From a virus (Duplodnaviria; Caudoviricetes), in the IMG/VR virus record IMGVR_UViG_3300013188_000002, positions 1 to 52,544 of that record: a DNA stretch of 52,544 nucleotides; one strand, 5' to 3'. The notes under the pieces were generated by a model, which was given only the letters and a program-made list of their open reading frames with translations, did not search any database and was not told the origin of the DNA. The first letter of the stretch is position 1. Every line of letters begins with the position of its first letter. Both the position numbers and the translations under genes were made by a program. Shown here piece after piece: positions 28,254-37,559 of the stretch.

Positions 28254-30128
28254 TTACTTAGCATCACTATAGTTATACCCCACGCCTGACTCGCAAGCAA
28301 CAGGTAAATCCTTTGCCCAGCGCGGAGGAGTAGACATTCTCTTCTCAACAAGTTGCTGTGCGTGTGACTTATCCTCTTCCGCGGCAGTGATGATTACTTC
28401 GTCATGTACCTGAAAGGCAACGTGGTATGACTGACCGATTGATGCCATCTGTTCAGCCACCACAATCCTAGCTAGTGCTTGGACTATGTTCTCTGTGACC
28501 TTCCCACCATAGATGCGTGTCCAGTCAACGGTTATCTGTTCGCCCGATGTCACTCGTGCCTTCGCTAGTTTGCGATAGGTTCGTGCGTCTGCGATATATT
28601 CAAAGCCATCTGGTGTCTGACGCAGAGCGTTGTACTGGATGCGTAGTCCGTTGGGTAGGACGATACCGTTACTGTCGAATGGTAGTAAGTCAGTGATGTT
28701 CCCACTGCCACCTGCCACCATAGTAGTAAGAGCATGACCACACTTGTTCCACAGGGATACAATCTTGTGGTTCTTCTGTCGATACAACCTGACAATACGT
28801 TGTGCTTCGTTCTCGTCAATGTCTACCGCTATTCCCCCCTGCCCAAGCGCAAGCGTGTTACGAAATTTAACATGACCCATACCGTAACCTAACCCTAGAA
28901 TACAGGTCTTGCCGACAAAGCGTTCAATCTTGTCAGCCTTAGTCACCTTCTTACCGTAGACTTCAGAGGCAAACTCACTGTACACATCACGGCCTTCTCT
29001 AAATGCCTGTACAAGATCCTCTTGTCCTGCAATGTAAGCGACCATCCTCGCTTCTATCTGCGATGAGTCACAGGCTACAAGCACCTCTCCAAGTGGGGCG
29101 GTCAACGCCTCTCTGATAGCACCGTTGCGTGGTAGGTTCTGTAAGTTCAGCTTATCACCGCCACTAAACCTACCTGTATGTGCGCCATAGTAGTTGAGCA
29201 TGATAGGTAATGCGCCTCGCTCGGCCACCTTCATCAAGTTCTCTGTGCGTGTCTCTTCGATTGTGGATTTAGTACCTAGCCTTGCCGCCACTAAGTTCTG
29301 GACTCTTGGGTCTGGATGTTCAAGTAGGGCTGTAAACTCTTTGTCTGTCTTGGCAAAAGCGTATGTCTCTTTACCTGTACGCAGACTGGTTTTCATTGGT
29401 GGTTCTACACCTACCGTAGACAACAGCTTAGAGAATATCTGGTTAGACATAAGGGCTTTCTTCACCTTGTCCTCACTCAATCCTTTCAGAGCCAAGTCGT
29501 CTATCAGTTTGCGCTTGTCTGCCTTCACCTTTTCCAAGTGACGCTCAAGCACATCAGTGTCGAGTTGGATTACAGGTTGCGTGTACATCCGTATCGTCTG
29601 GTCAATGACCATCAGCTCCGATACAGGAAACCCCTCTTTCAATTTTTGGAATAGTTGGTATGTCAGTTCAACATCGTTGACACAGTAGGACGCATACCTG
29701 TCAAGTTCTTCTGGTGTGAAGTCCTTCAAGTGACGGCCCAGATTGTTGAACACTTCATCACCCTTCTGCCCCAAGCCATAGTGTGCAGTCAGGTTCTTGA
29801 GCGACCCACCTACCGTGGCATTGTGTAGGGGTCTTGCCATAGACAGAGTATCTAACCAAAACCTAGGCTTGATACCGTAGTGCCATGACAAGATAGCCCC
29901 ATCAAATGCGGCATTGTGAGCAAGTATCGCCTTGTCAGAATAGTCTAACGAGTTGAGAAACTTGCCCACATTGTCACCGCTATACCAGTCGGTAGGGAAA
30001 TCGTTCACCTTGACGCATACACCAATCACCTCAAAGCGAGGGTCACGAACATAAGCCTCCGTTGTCATCTTCGACAATGAGTACTCACGGTCATAGTAGG
30101 TTTCAAAGTCAATGGTAACGATGTCCAT
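28254..30128 (-). CDS. polA: DNA polymerase, family A, with 3'-5' exonuclease
   Basis: DFET, HNAAFD and YCVND exonuclease motifs; HTGRFSG, NLQNLP, DSSQIEAR (A), R..GKTCILGLGYG (B), VHDE (C). Confidence 0.95.
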   Translation of the reverse strand: MDIVTIDFETYYDREYSLSKMTTEAYVRDPRFEVIGVCVKVNDFPTDWYSGDNVGKFLNSLDYSDKAILAHNAAFDGAILSWHYGIKPRFWLDTLSMARPLHNATVGGSLKNLTAHYGLGQKGDEVFNNLGRHLKDFTPEELDRYASYCVNDVELTYQLFQKLKEGFPVSELMVIDQTIRMYTQPVIQLDTDVLERHLEKVKADKRKLIDDLALKGLSEDKVKKALMSNQIFSKLLSTVGVEPPMKTSLRTGKETYAFAKTDKEFTALLEHPDPRVQNLVAARLGTKSTIEETRTENLMKVAERGALPIMLNYYGAHTGRFSGGDKLNLQNLPRNGAIREALTAPLGEVLVACDSSQIEARMVAYIAGQEDLVQAFREGRDVYSEFASEVYGKKVTKADKIERFVGKTCILGLGYGMGHVKFRNTLALGQGGIAVDIDENEAQRIVRLYRQKNHKIVSLWNKCGHALTTMVAGGSGNITDLLPFDSNGIVLPNGLRIQYNALRQTPDGFEYIADARTYRKLAKARVTSGEQITVDWTRIYGGKVTENIVQALARIVVAEQMASIGQSYHVAFQVHDEVIITAAEEDKSHAQQLVEKRMSTPPRWAKDLPVACESGVGYNYSDAK

Positions 30129-30130
30129 GA

Positions 30131-30589
30131 TTAGCTTTCCTTAACTACTTCGCTAGCTAAAGCTACATAACCACAAGTATCGACGTAGTTATCTGAGTTA
30201 TCAGGACTGCTTTTTACCCTAGCAATCTTGAGCAACGCCATCATCATAGGTACATCATGAGCAGAAAACTCTACCCCTTTATAAGCAGACCACAGTTCAG
30301 CAGTAGTCTTTGCGTTATCTGCAAAGTCACCATGCTGTTCTTCACGCACTTCTTCTACCAAACTAGTAGCAACGTACAACGTCTTGCTACGAGTGCGCTT
30401 ATGCGGATGCTCATTCTGAGTAACCTCGGCTTCAATAACTTCCTTTGGCGTACCTATCTTCTGCATCAGCTTATAGGTATACCCATACGAAACACCAGTA
30501 GCTTTGGATACTTCCTTTGGACTGGCGAGTTTATTCTTGAGAAGGTATGCCCACACCTTCTCTGCTTTAGTCTTTTTCTTACGAGCCAT
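30131..30589 (-). CDS. N-terminal HTH fused to DUF6378-like domain
   Basis: R..QHG.F.DN...A.LWS.Y...DV..MM.LLK.AR....DNYVD..GY; likely start MARKK at 30589. Confidence 0.7.
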   Translation of the reverse strand: MARKKKTKAEKVWAYLLKNKLASPKEVSKATGVSYGYTYKLMQKIGTPKEVIEAEVTQNEHPHKRTRSKTLYVATSLVEEVREEQHGDFADNAKTTAELWSAYKGVEFSAHDVPMMMALLKIARVKSSPDNSDNYVDTCGYVALASEVVKES

Positions 30590-31079
30590 TCTCGTTCTCC
30601 TCAAAGTTACTCTCCTGTAAAGTATACAATGCCACGCCTTTACCGCAGTGTAAAGAGTATTCATTAGCTACACTTACTGCTTGAGCCGCATTAGCCCCCA
30701 TAGCAAGTGCGCCCATTGCGTATTCTTTACCCTCACCGAAAGCCATTGGTGCTTGTAATCTCACAGGTGAGAAGGTTGCTTTACTTTCATGACCATGAAA
30801 GCCTTCATAGACACACAGCCCTTGTTCATCGACAACGATTAGCTGTGCCATAGATGGGGCTATATCCAAGTGCATTCGGTGTTCCCAATCATAACCTCCT
30901 GCAAACCAGTCTCTCAACTGGATGATATATCCCAACATACCAACGCCTGAGACTATACAAACTTTCTTAGTGTCAGGGTGGGTAATATACCAAGCCTTCT
31001 CTGCCTCCCATTTCATAGAGCCATCGTTAGCCTGTTGATCAGTGGCAAGCGACTTACCATCCCATACAATTACTGTCAT
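30579..31079 (-). CDS. HslV/proteasome-beta-like Ntn-hydrolase peptidase
   Basis: M-T-V-I-V-W-D-G..LATD...K, later A.G.G..YAMGAL..GA.A.QAV..A; N-terminal Thr after Met removal; SD GGAAGGAG. Confidence 0.75.
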   Translation of the reverse strand: MTVIVWDGKSLATDQQANDGSMKWEAEKAWYITHPDTKKVCIVSGVGMLGYIIQLRDWFAGGYDWEHRMHLDIAPSMAQLIVVDEQGLCVYEGFHGHESKATFSPVRLQAPMAFGEGKEYAMGALAMGANAAQAVSVANEYSLHCGKGVALYTLQESNFEENENGS

Positions 31080-31288
31080 TCTTTCTCCTTCCAATTAACA
31101 TTAAAATGTAGCCATCCCCTGAAGGGATACCAAAGCATCACGTTGTTATAAAACTTACACTCTCGGTTCACACATTGCCGCACACTAATTGGCTTGATGT
31201 GTTTGAAAGGGCCTTTGCCCCAGTGGGTATGTCGGGTCATTACTCCGCACTCAAAACAACTTGGTGATGATGCTTTGGTAATCTTCAA
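31076..31288 (-). CDS. Small Zn-finger-like protein
   Basis: CFEC...CVNREC. Confidence 0.5.
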   Translation of the reverse strand: MKITKASSPSCFECGVMTRHTHWGKGPFKHIKPISVRQCVNRECKFYNNVMLWYPFRGWLHFNVNWKEKE

Positions 31289-32173
31289 TTAGCCCTCCGC
31301 AAATACACCGAAACGTCTACGCAGTTCGATGCTCTGGTTGTTACACACATAATCAAGAGCCTTGAGTACATCTTTACCTTTTGGCTTGCTAGACATGTAG
31401 TATCCTGTACTTGTGGTCTGTGCTAGCCCCTTGAGCAACTCAGGTGGAAACTCGTTGTCACGAATAGAACTCTCAAGCAAGTCCATCCACTGCTTTGATT
31501 CCCACTGTGGTTGTTGCCAATGCCATTGGTTCTTCTCAGCCTGACGCTCAGCCCACATCTCATCAATGATGCCATCGAAAGCATGGACTCTGACACGAGC
31601 CTTGATACCACGTTTGAAGGTAGCCAATGCCCTGCGCCATTGCTTACGCTCCTCTGGCTTCTCGACTAGCTTTACATCTGCTTTGGGATTGAGACACTCA
31701 CCGTTCACAATGTCGAACTGAATACCTTCAAAGTAATAGGCTTGTTCACGCATCGCAGGGTTGTAGTATCGGTAAGTAGAGTACCAGTGATTTTCGACTT
31801 TCGCGTCATCCTCAATCTCTAACTCTTTCATGCGCTTGAGTACAGGCTGAGTACCTGCGATACGATACAGCCCTTTACGGTGTCGCATAGTAGTGAAGGG
31901 TAGCCAACGGTGTAGGGCAGAGACTACTGTCTGTGCATAAGACTGCCACACCTCTGGCGGTGCGACAAACGTCAACGTGTTGTCAGGTGACAGTCGGCAT
32001 AAGTCGTTCGTGCCATAGCCTGTAATCTTGAACAGGTAATCATCGCCATCACGGAACATACGAAGCCAACCTGTAATGGGCTTGCCCTTGTGTGGCGTAC
32101 GCACCCTTGACCAGAGTGCATCCGCTTGTTGATAATTTAGAATGGTTCTATCCTGTGGTTCTAACCAACTCAT
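31289..32173 (-). CDS. Hypothetical protein
   Basis: 294-aa ORF, SD AGGAGG, coupled to neighbours. Confidence 0.8.
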   Translation of the reverse strand: MSWLEPQDRTILNYQQADALWSRVRTPHKGKPITGWLRMFRDGDDYLFKITGYGTNDLCRLSPDNTLTFVAPPEVWQSYAQTVVSALHRWLPFTTMRHRKGLYRIAGTQPVLKRMKELEIEDDAKVENHWYSTYRYYNPAMREQAYYFEGIQFDIVNGECLNPKADVKLVEKPEERKQWRRALATFKRGIKARVRVHAFDGIIDEMWAERQAEKNQWHWQQPQWESKQWMDLLESSIRDNEFPPELLKGLAQTTSTGYYMSSKPKGKDVLKALDYVCNNQSIELRRRFGVFAEG

Positions 32174-32565
32174 TGCTTTTCCTCCTTGTTATATTCATCT
32201 TTGAAACTGCCAGATAAGGTAAAGTCCGTGTCATCTTTCAGCATTTCTTGTAGCTTGCTGACTGGCACAAGCCTTGCCTTCCACATGTAACTATCAATCG
32301 CTCTATCAAACGCAGTAGAGTAGTCATCAAGTTTATCAGCAACCTGCTTTTCCACATTGTCATAAAGCACATGCATCATCTGCTCCATGTCTACTGGTCT
32401 GCGATTGATTTGCTTGAGGTGTTCTGCAAGTGTGCTATCTACCTCTCGCATTTCGTCTTTATGCTTCTGCATTTGCTCGTGCATCACAGACATAAAGTGT
32501 CTAGTAGAGCGTTGCAGTTCATCGACTTGACGCTCCAACTTATTTATCCTTTCTAACTCGTTCAT
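32170..32565 (-). CDS. Hypothetical coiled-coil protein
   Basis: SD GAGGT, ORF track. Confidence 0.75.
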   Translation of the reverse strand: MNELERINKLERQVDELQRSTRHFMSVMHEQMQKHKDEMREVDSTLAEHLKQINRRPVDMEQMMHVLYDNVEKQVADKLDDYSTAFDRAIDSYMWKARLVPVSKLQEMLKDDTDFTLSGSFKDEYNKEEKQ

Positions 32566-32567
32566 AG

Positions 32568-33242
32568 TTACCTCGTCAGTTTGTTTAGGGTTACAGCAGC
32601 AGTCATACTGTTAAGGTCAACGTCTAGCTCGACCTCAGCTTTCTTACGTTCGACTACCTTCTTGTGACGTTCCTTAGCTTCCTCTGGAACCAAGTCCCAA
32701 AGGGCAGGGAAAGCCTTGAGTGCAGGGGCAAGGGTAGAGTATGTCTCCATCAGCTTGTTGATACCCTCAAGAAACTTCTCTTGCTTAGCCTCTTGTTCGA
32801 ATATCTTACGGACATACTCTTTGAACTCAGGGATTAGCCATGACCAACGGCTGTCATTGTAGTCAGCTTTGTTTGACCGCCACTCTGACTTGAAGCCTGT
32901 AGTCTCTGGATGAAAGTTGTGAGGCCACGGCATAGCCTTGCTGAACTCTAGCCGTACCTCATCACACTCATAAGCGTTGCGTTTGTATTCAGCAGTTTGG
33001 AATACATCTTCTGGTGCGTTGAAGAACCCTGCAAAGTTTATGCTCGACTCTTTCTTCATTGCGTAGTCAGGCAATGCGTTGAACTTTGCAATCACATCAG
33101 CAGGGAAAAAGGACTGATAAAGTTTATCAGCCCAGTGTGCAGGTACATCCGCCTTAGCCTTGTCGATGCTCTCCTTGAACATCGCTCTCGCATTGTTGCG
33201 AATGTTATCTTTAAGTTGATCAGAAAATCTTACAGTAGCCAT
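32568..33242 (-). CDS. Hypothetical protein, possibly Nmad5-like
   Basis: N-terminal V R and C-terminal L....TL..ALK.FP.L..LVP pattern recalled from Nmad5; not verified. Confidence 0.55.
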   Translation of the reverse strand: MATVRFSDQLKDNIRNNARAMFKESIDKAKADVPAHWADKLYQSFFPADVIAKFNALPDYAMKKESSINFAGFFNAPEDVFQTAEYKRNAYECDEVRLEFSKAMPWPHNFHPETTGFKSEWRSNKADYNDSRWSWLIPEFKEYVRKIFEQEAKQEKFLEGINKLMETYSTLAPALKAFPALWDLVPEEAKERHKKVVERKKAEVELDVDLNSMTAAVTLNKLTR

Positions 33243-33245
33243 GTC

Positions 33246-34343
33246 TTATACCTCCATCATTACTACTTCACCGAATGGTGCTTCATTGTCGTGTGTGGAT
33301 ACCCACAGCACAGGATATTCTGGTGCATCACCGAAGTCGTTACAGCACAGGTCAGTTAGAAATACACAAGCGACAGGATTGATGTCGTTGTCTCTCATGT
33401 ATTGAAACACTGGACTGAAAGCTGTACCGCCACCGCCATGCGGCTTGATAACTGGTGCTTCACCTTGTTCGAACACATCGTAGTGACATACTTCTGAATC
33501 GAAGTAGATGATGTGTAGTTTGGATGGGTGATGGTCTTGCTGAACCTTGAGTATCTCTGCCGCATACTGGTCAATCTCTTCTTGCCCGATTGAACCTGAG
33601 CAGTCGATAGCAAACGCCATCTCACCCAATGCCTCGCCTGTGATACTTGGCAGATACATACCTTGCTGTATAAACCTGCGGTTAGGTCTGGCAAATGAAC
33701 GGTCATCAGTCTTGTGCTTGACAATGAACCGCTGAAGTATATCCGCCCAATAGACTTTGGGTTGCAGGATGTTTTCGACAAGACGTTCAAGTCCTGCACT
33801 CATCTTGCCCATCATCTTGGCGGCTTGTGCGGCTTGAGCAACCTTGACCTTCCACTCTGCGGCCTGTTGCTCTAGCTCGGCAGGTGAACCCTCGCCATCC
33901 TGACAATCATCAAGCGGGTCATCCTGCCCCTCTGGTGTGTCTGGCAAGATGTTGTAGATACCATCACTGGTTCCGTTACCTGCATTGTAAATGTCATCAC
34001 TGAGCAGACCGACATCAGGCATCTTGCCGATGTGTTCATCAGTCAGCAACTTGTTGATGACATAATCAGCCGCTTGATTCCACTTACGAGGGTCACGGCT
34101 TTGTCTGCGAAAGTTATGCTCCAACATAGGGTGCATACATTCGTGAGCGATGAGGAACTTTAGCTCCTCATCATTCAACGACTCGCAGAACTCAGGGTTG
34201 AATAGCACCTGCTTGCCGTTAGTAGCGGCAGTAGGTACGTCCTCGCTCAGTTTGAATGGCATGTTCATGGCGACATTGCCTATGAACGGATGCTCAAGCA
34301 CAAGGGCAGTCTTGCCCTTGCTAAGTCGTTTGTTAAGATCCAT
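33246..34343 (-). CDS. Metallopeptidase (HExxH) plus vWA domain protein (DUF2201-like)
   Basis: PTAATNG, AHECMH, WN.A.DYVIN, DCSGSI (MIDAS), GGGGT.F, FLTD. Confidence 0.88.
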   Translation of the reverse strand: MDLNKRLSKGKTALVLEHPFIGNVAMNMPFKLSEDVPTAATNGKQVLFNPEFCESLNDEELKFLIAHECMHPMLEHNFRRQSRDPRKWNQAADYVINKLLTDEHIGKMPDVGLLSDDIYNAGNGTSDGIYNILPDTPEGQDDPLDDCQDGEGSPAELEQQAAEWKVKVAQAAQAAKMMGKMSAGLERLVENILQPKVYWADILQRFIVKHKTDDRSFARPNRRFIQQGMYLPSITGEALGEMAFAIDCSGSIGQEEIDQYAAEILKVQQDHHPSKLHIIYFDSEVCHYDVFEQGEAPVIKPHGGGGTAFSPVFQYMRDNDINPVACVFLTDLCCNDFGDAPEYPVLWVSTHDNEAPFGEVVMMEV

Positions 34344-35194
34344 TAGTTACCTCCCATGAAAGCGCCCATCTTGTCCATGATTGCCTTAGCTTCTGCGGCT
34401 TTATCACGGCGTAAGTCTGGGTCATTACGAAGTGCATCAGGATGATGCTGTGTGAGTGATTGCTCCACCTCAAGACGCATGGCCTCAAGGTTGGGGTCAT
34501 CGGTGAAGTTCAACCGTGACAGGATTGAACATATCTCACGAGTGTTGCCGACCATTGTGTCTTTGAAGCCTTTAGCAGGGTCAGCAAGTGTCTCAGCCAT
34601 GTGCTTGACACGCTCATGCAGTCGGCTCCAAGCCTCATTCATTGCGTTCTGAGCCGCGTCTTGAACTCGTGCTTCCACATCGGAAGTGATACGAGCAAGT
34701 TCCTCGTCTGCAATGTCAACTCGGAAGTCGCCACTTGGAACAGGCATGATGCCCATGTCTATACTGAACTTAGCCGCGACCTCATCCAACGTGGGATAGT
34801 CTGCGTCATTGTATAGGTGGCCAAGAAAGCGTTGAGCGTCATACTTGAGCGACTCATACTCAGTCTTGAACTGATTGACGAGCATCTGCCACTCATACTT
34901 TTCCTTGCGGAAGTCAGTCATGAAAGACAGATAGTTTGCACTAGGCAAGATTTGTGTACCGTCAATGCCCCACGGCAACGTGTTGGCGTAGTACTTCTTG
35001 CGGATAGCAGTTGTTTTCTGATGAACATTGTTAAGGTAATCGTTCATCGGAAGCAGAGACTTGTTGTATCTACCTGCTGAGTTTACCGCAGAGTTTGCAG
35101 AGGCCACCTGTTCGGTGGCTCTCTTGTCGTATTTACGAGCAGTCCACTGCGACACACGCAGTTGAACAAGTAATGCTTTGTCTGAAAGTTTCAT
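34343..35194 (-). CDS. DUF3150-like protein
   Basis: L..L.VS.W...K, F...Y....YP....A.KF, L..LNFTDDP.L; located between AAA and vWA genes. Confidence 0.6.
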   Translation of the reverse strand: MKLSDKALLVQLRVSQWTARKYDKRATEQVASANSAVNSAGRYNKSLLPMNDYLNNVHQKTTAIRKKYYANTLPWGIDGTQILPSANYLSFMTDFRKEKYEWQMLVNQFKTEYESLKYDAQRFLGHLYNDADYPTLDEVAAKFSIDMGIMPVPSGDFRVDIADEELARITSDVEARVQDAAQNAMNEAWSRLHERVKHMAETLADPAKGFKDTMVGNTREICSILSRLNFTDDPNLEAMRLEVEQSLTQHHPDALRNDPDLRRDKAAEAKAIMDKMGAFMGGN

Positions 35195-35208
35195 AGTTAC
35201 CTCCGTTT

Positions 35209-36204
35209 CTAGAACAAGACATCTTGATGGTTAATCGCCCACTTAGTGAACGCTTGAGTCGAAGCCAACTCTGGCTTCTTCCGTGCCGCATAGGACACAG
35301 ATAAGACTGAGAACTCTGGCGGCATACGCTCTGCATAAGTGCAGACACGCTCAAAGTTACTCTCAGTTGCTCGCTCTGCGATTGCACCAGACAGTGCATA
35401 CAGAGTAGCAGGGTCATCAGGAACATCCGCAGTAGTTGGATTCATGATGATATTGTCAGGGTTAGGTAGCTTACGATAGATGCGTACAAAGCCAACGAAC
35501 TCTGCCGCCGCACCTTCACCAACAGCACCCTTGAAGCACTCGTACTCAGCCTCGGCACTAACGACACCAAGCACTGCACTGACACCCTCGACCCATGAAC
35601 GTGGCGTTGGATTCTGGTCACGCTGAGGATCGAAATCATGTAGCAGGTTAGGACGGAATCGAAGGAACGCTACTACCTCGGTAGCAACATCGTTCTCAAT
35701 CATCCACTTGGTTGAGTCATCAAGGTGAGTGTCAAGTTCGATGACAGTCTCACGGTTAGCGAGGTGAGATAGGATACGATTAGCACCTGCCCTGTCCTCT
35801 TGGCGGTTGCCAGTAGTGACGACCATCCAACCGTCTTTCATCTTGACGCCATGCAATGTCCTAGCCTGTTCGATATTGGCTAGCACTTTCTGCAAGTCAT
35901 TACCTGCTTGGTTACGGTCATCGAAACAGATGATACCCTCGTCAGGTATATCGTCACGACCTACCGCAGGAAACCAATCGGGTAGCTTGTAAGCAAAGTT
36001 ATCATCCCCAGTTGCCATGTCGGGAATACCGAAGTCCTCGACTAGCATGGTAGGCATGTGTTTCTCGATGTAGCCAATGGACAACTGCTGAGAAGCTGTT
36101 CTCACAAGGCTGGTCTTACCGCCACCTGGAGGGCCAACGATAGACAGTGGACGTTTGATAGGAAATAAATCCTTGATAGTTTGAAGAACTAATTCGGCTC
36201 GCAT
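35209..36204 (-). CDS. MoxR/CbbQ-like AAA+ ATPase
   Basis: GPPGGGKT Walker A, ICFDD Walker B, TTGNR..D, LANR, PTPRSW; start ATG 36204 with SD GGAG. Confidence 0.9.
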   Translation of the reverse strand: MRAELVLQTIKDLFPIKRPLSIVGPPGGGKTSLVRTASQQLSIGYIEKHMPTMLVEDFGIPDMATGDDNFAYKLPDWFPAVGRDDIPDEGIICFDDRNQAGNDLQKVLANIEQARTLHGVKMKDGWMVVTTGNRQEDRAGANRILSHLANRETVIELDTHLDDSTKWMIENDVATEVVAFLRFRPNLLHDFDPQRDQNPTPRSWVEGVSAVLGVVSAEAEYECFKGAVGEGAAAEFVGFVRIYRKLPNPDNIIMNPTTADVPDDPATLYALSGAIAERATESNFERVCTYAERMPPEFSVLSVSYAARKKPELASTQAFTKWAINHQDVLF

Positions 36205-36392
36205 TATACAATCTCCCAATGAGCGTTGAATTTGTTATGGTCAGGGCCATAGGACACTTTCATGTCCTTGTTACGAATAGCCTTAGCGGCTTTTTTGCTA
36301 CTGAAGAATAACGGCTTGCCATCATCGCCAGTAACGATTGCTCCACCCTTGATGTACCGAAGTACAAAGAGTTTCAGTGCGGACTTAGTCAT
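36204..36392 (-). CDS. Small hypothetical protein
   Basis: SD GGAGGG, coupled stop/start. Confidence 0.65.
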   Translation of the reverse strand: MTKSALKLFVLRYIKGGAIVTGDDGKPLFFSSKKAAKAIRNKDMKVSYGPDHNKFNAHWEIV

Positions 36393-36564
36393 GTGTTATA
36401 CCCTCCCAGATTTGAGTGATGGTGATACAGGAGTTCGTCTCAGTCCAAAGAGACTCATCCCAAGTTTCACAGCCCAACAAGAAGTTGAGTGCTATGAAGG
36501 CGATAGCAAAACCTACCGTTACTGATAACAGTAGGCCGCCAATAATGTTGATCAGTCGAGCCAT
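36385..36564 (-). CDS. Small membrane protein
   Basis: TM helix followed by GCETWD...NSC; probable start MARL at 36564. Confidence 0.6.
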   Translation of the reverse strand: MARLINIIGGLLLSVTVGFAIAFIALNFLLGCETWDESLWTETNSCITITQIWEGITHD

Positions 36565-36662
36565 GTGAATAGCCCCCAATCAAAGTAGATGTCTAACATC
36601 GTCATCACGACAGACGAGACGACTCCGTATAGAACCCACATGAAGAGCGTTGACAATTTCAT
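36552..36662 (-). CDS. Putative 36-aa hydrophobic peptide (MKLSTLFMWVLYG...)
   Basis: GGAGG SD upstream, fills the gap with overlapping start and stop; translated by eye. Confidence 0.45.
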   Translation of the reverse strand: MKLSTLFMWVLYGVVSSVVMTMLDIYFDWGLFTWLD

Positions 36663-36865
36663 CGGACATTACCTCCCTTGTTATTGATACCCTTCAAATC
36701 CTCAGGATTAGTGAAGAGCATATAGTTAGACTTGTGCATCGGAGCGACAGTGAACACTCGCTCTCGTGCTAGCTTATCGCCACAGACTAGACATGTGTCA
36801 TAGCCCAGAGCTGAACGGCGAGGATGAACCTCGCCGCCACAACGTACACACTCAACGAACGACAT
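36659..36865 (-). CDS. DksA/TraR-type C4 zinc-finger protein
   Basis: CVRCGGEVHPRR..LGY.TCLVC; probable start MSF at 36865. Confidence 0.65.
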   Translation of the reverse strand: MSFVECVRCGGEVHPRRSALGYDTCLVCGDKLARERVFTVAPMHKSNYMLFTNPEDLKGINNKGGNVR

Positions 36866-37010
36866 AGAGAAAACCTCTGTGTGATGCTGTCTTAGAGTGC
36901 CAGCTGTCAGGTTTGGCATACTCGTCTGGTGTAAGAGTCCAGACTAGAAAGCCGTTGGTAAACCAACCATAAACACCAGACTGAGTGCGTGACTTGTAAA
37001 CTTGTTGCAT
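36852..37010 (-). CDS. Small hypothetical protein (52 aa, MQQVYKSRTQSG...)
   Basis: GAGGT SD before ATG; below ORF-track cutoff. Confidence 0.55.
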   Translation of the reverse strand: MQQVYKSRTQSGVYGWFTNGFLVWTLTPDEYAKPDSWHSKTASHRGFLYVVR

Positions 37011-37075
37011 GATAGACCTCGCTTGATAGAAACACAGAAAGGGAACGCCACAGAGTGACGCTCCCAGAGAGAAGT

Positions 37076-37441
37076 TTACAGGGTGACAATATTGTCATCC
37101 GCTTTCTTGATGTGTTTTACAGGCCCTGCAATAGTCACCTTAGGCTTGCCCCATTTGCCGACACCAAGAGTCGCTACATCACCTCGATCAATAGCATCCT
37201 TGACCTTGGATTGAGGAAGCGCCTTAGACTCACGGTCTAGTTCTTGGTTTACATTGGGGATATAGAAGTCCCAACGATTGAATGCCGCCTTAGGATTGGA
37301 ATCACAGAACGCCATAGCAGACGCTACAAGTTCAGGGATATTGGAAGCATTATACTTCCCATCCTCAGCAGGTTGCAGATAGAGCAATCCAGTAGCTTTG
37401 TTGAATTGCAGATTGATATTACCTTCATAAGTTTTAGCCAT
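37076..37441 (-). CDS. Early hypothetical protein, paralog B
   Basis: SD GGAGG; shares EG..NK.TG, GKY.A, RW.FYI, VNQEL, GKWGKP and NIVTL with 38530-38892. Confidence 0.85.
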   Translation of the reverse strand: MAKTYEGNINLQFNKATGLLYLQPAEDGKYNASNIPELVASAMAFCDSNPKAAFNRWDFYIPNVNQELDRESKALPQSKVKDAIDRGDVATLGVGKWGKPKVTIAGPVKHIKKADDNIVTL

Positions 37442-37506
37442 GTGACTAACCTCCAGTTAAAAGTTACAATAAAACTCTCTAAGAGAGTCGCCCCGAAGGA
37501 CAGCCC

Positions 37507-37542
37507 CAAACTTGACACGCTTTGCCCCAGATGTCAAGTTTG
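37507..37542. promoter_or_regulatory. 11-bp inverted repeat CAAACTTGACA-N14-TGTCAAGTTTG (operator or symmetric promoter)
   Basis: Perfect IR containing TTGACA on both strands, upstream of 37441 gene. Confidence 0.6.
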
Positions 37543-37559
37543 CCCCCCGTTTACAGACT

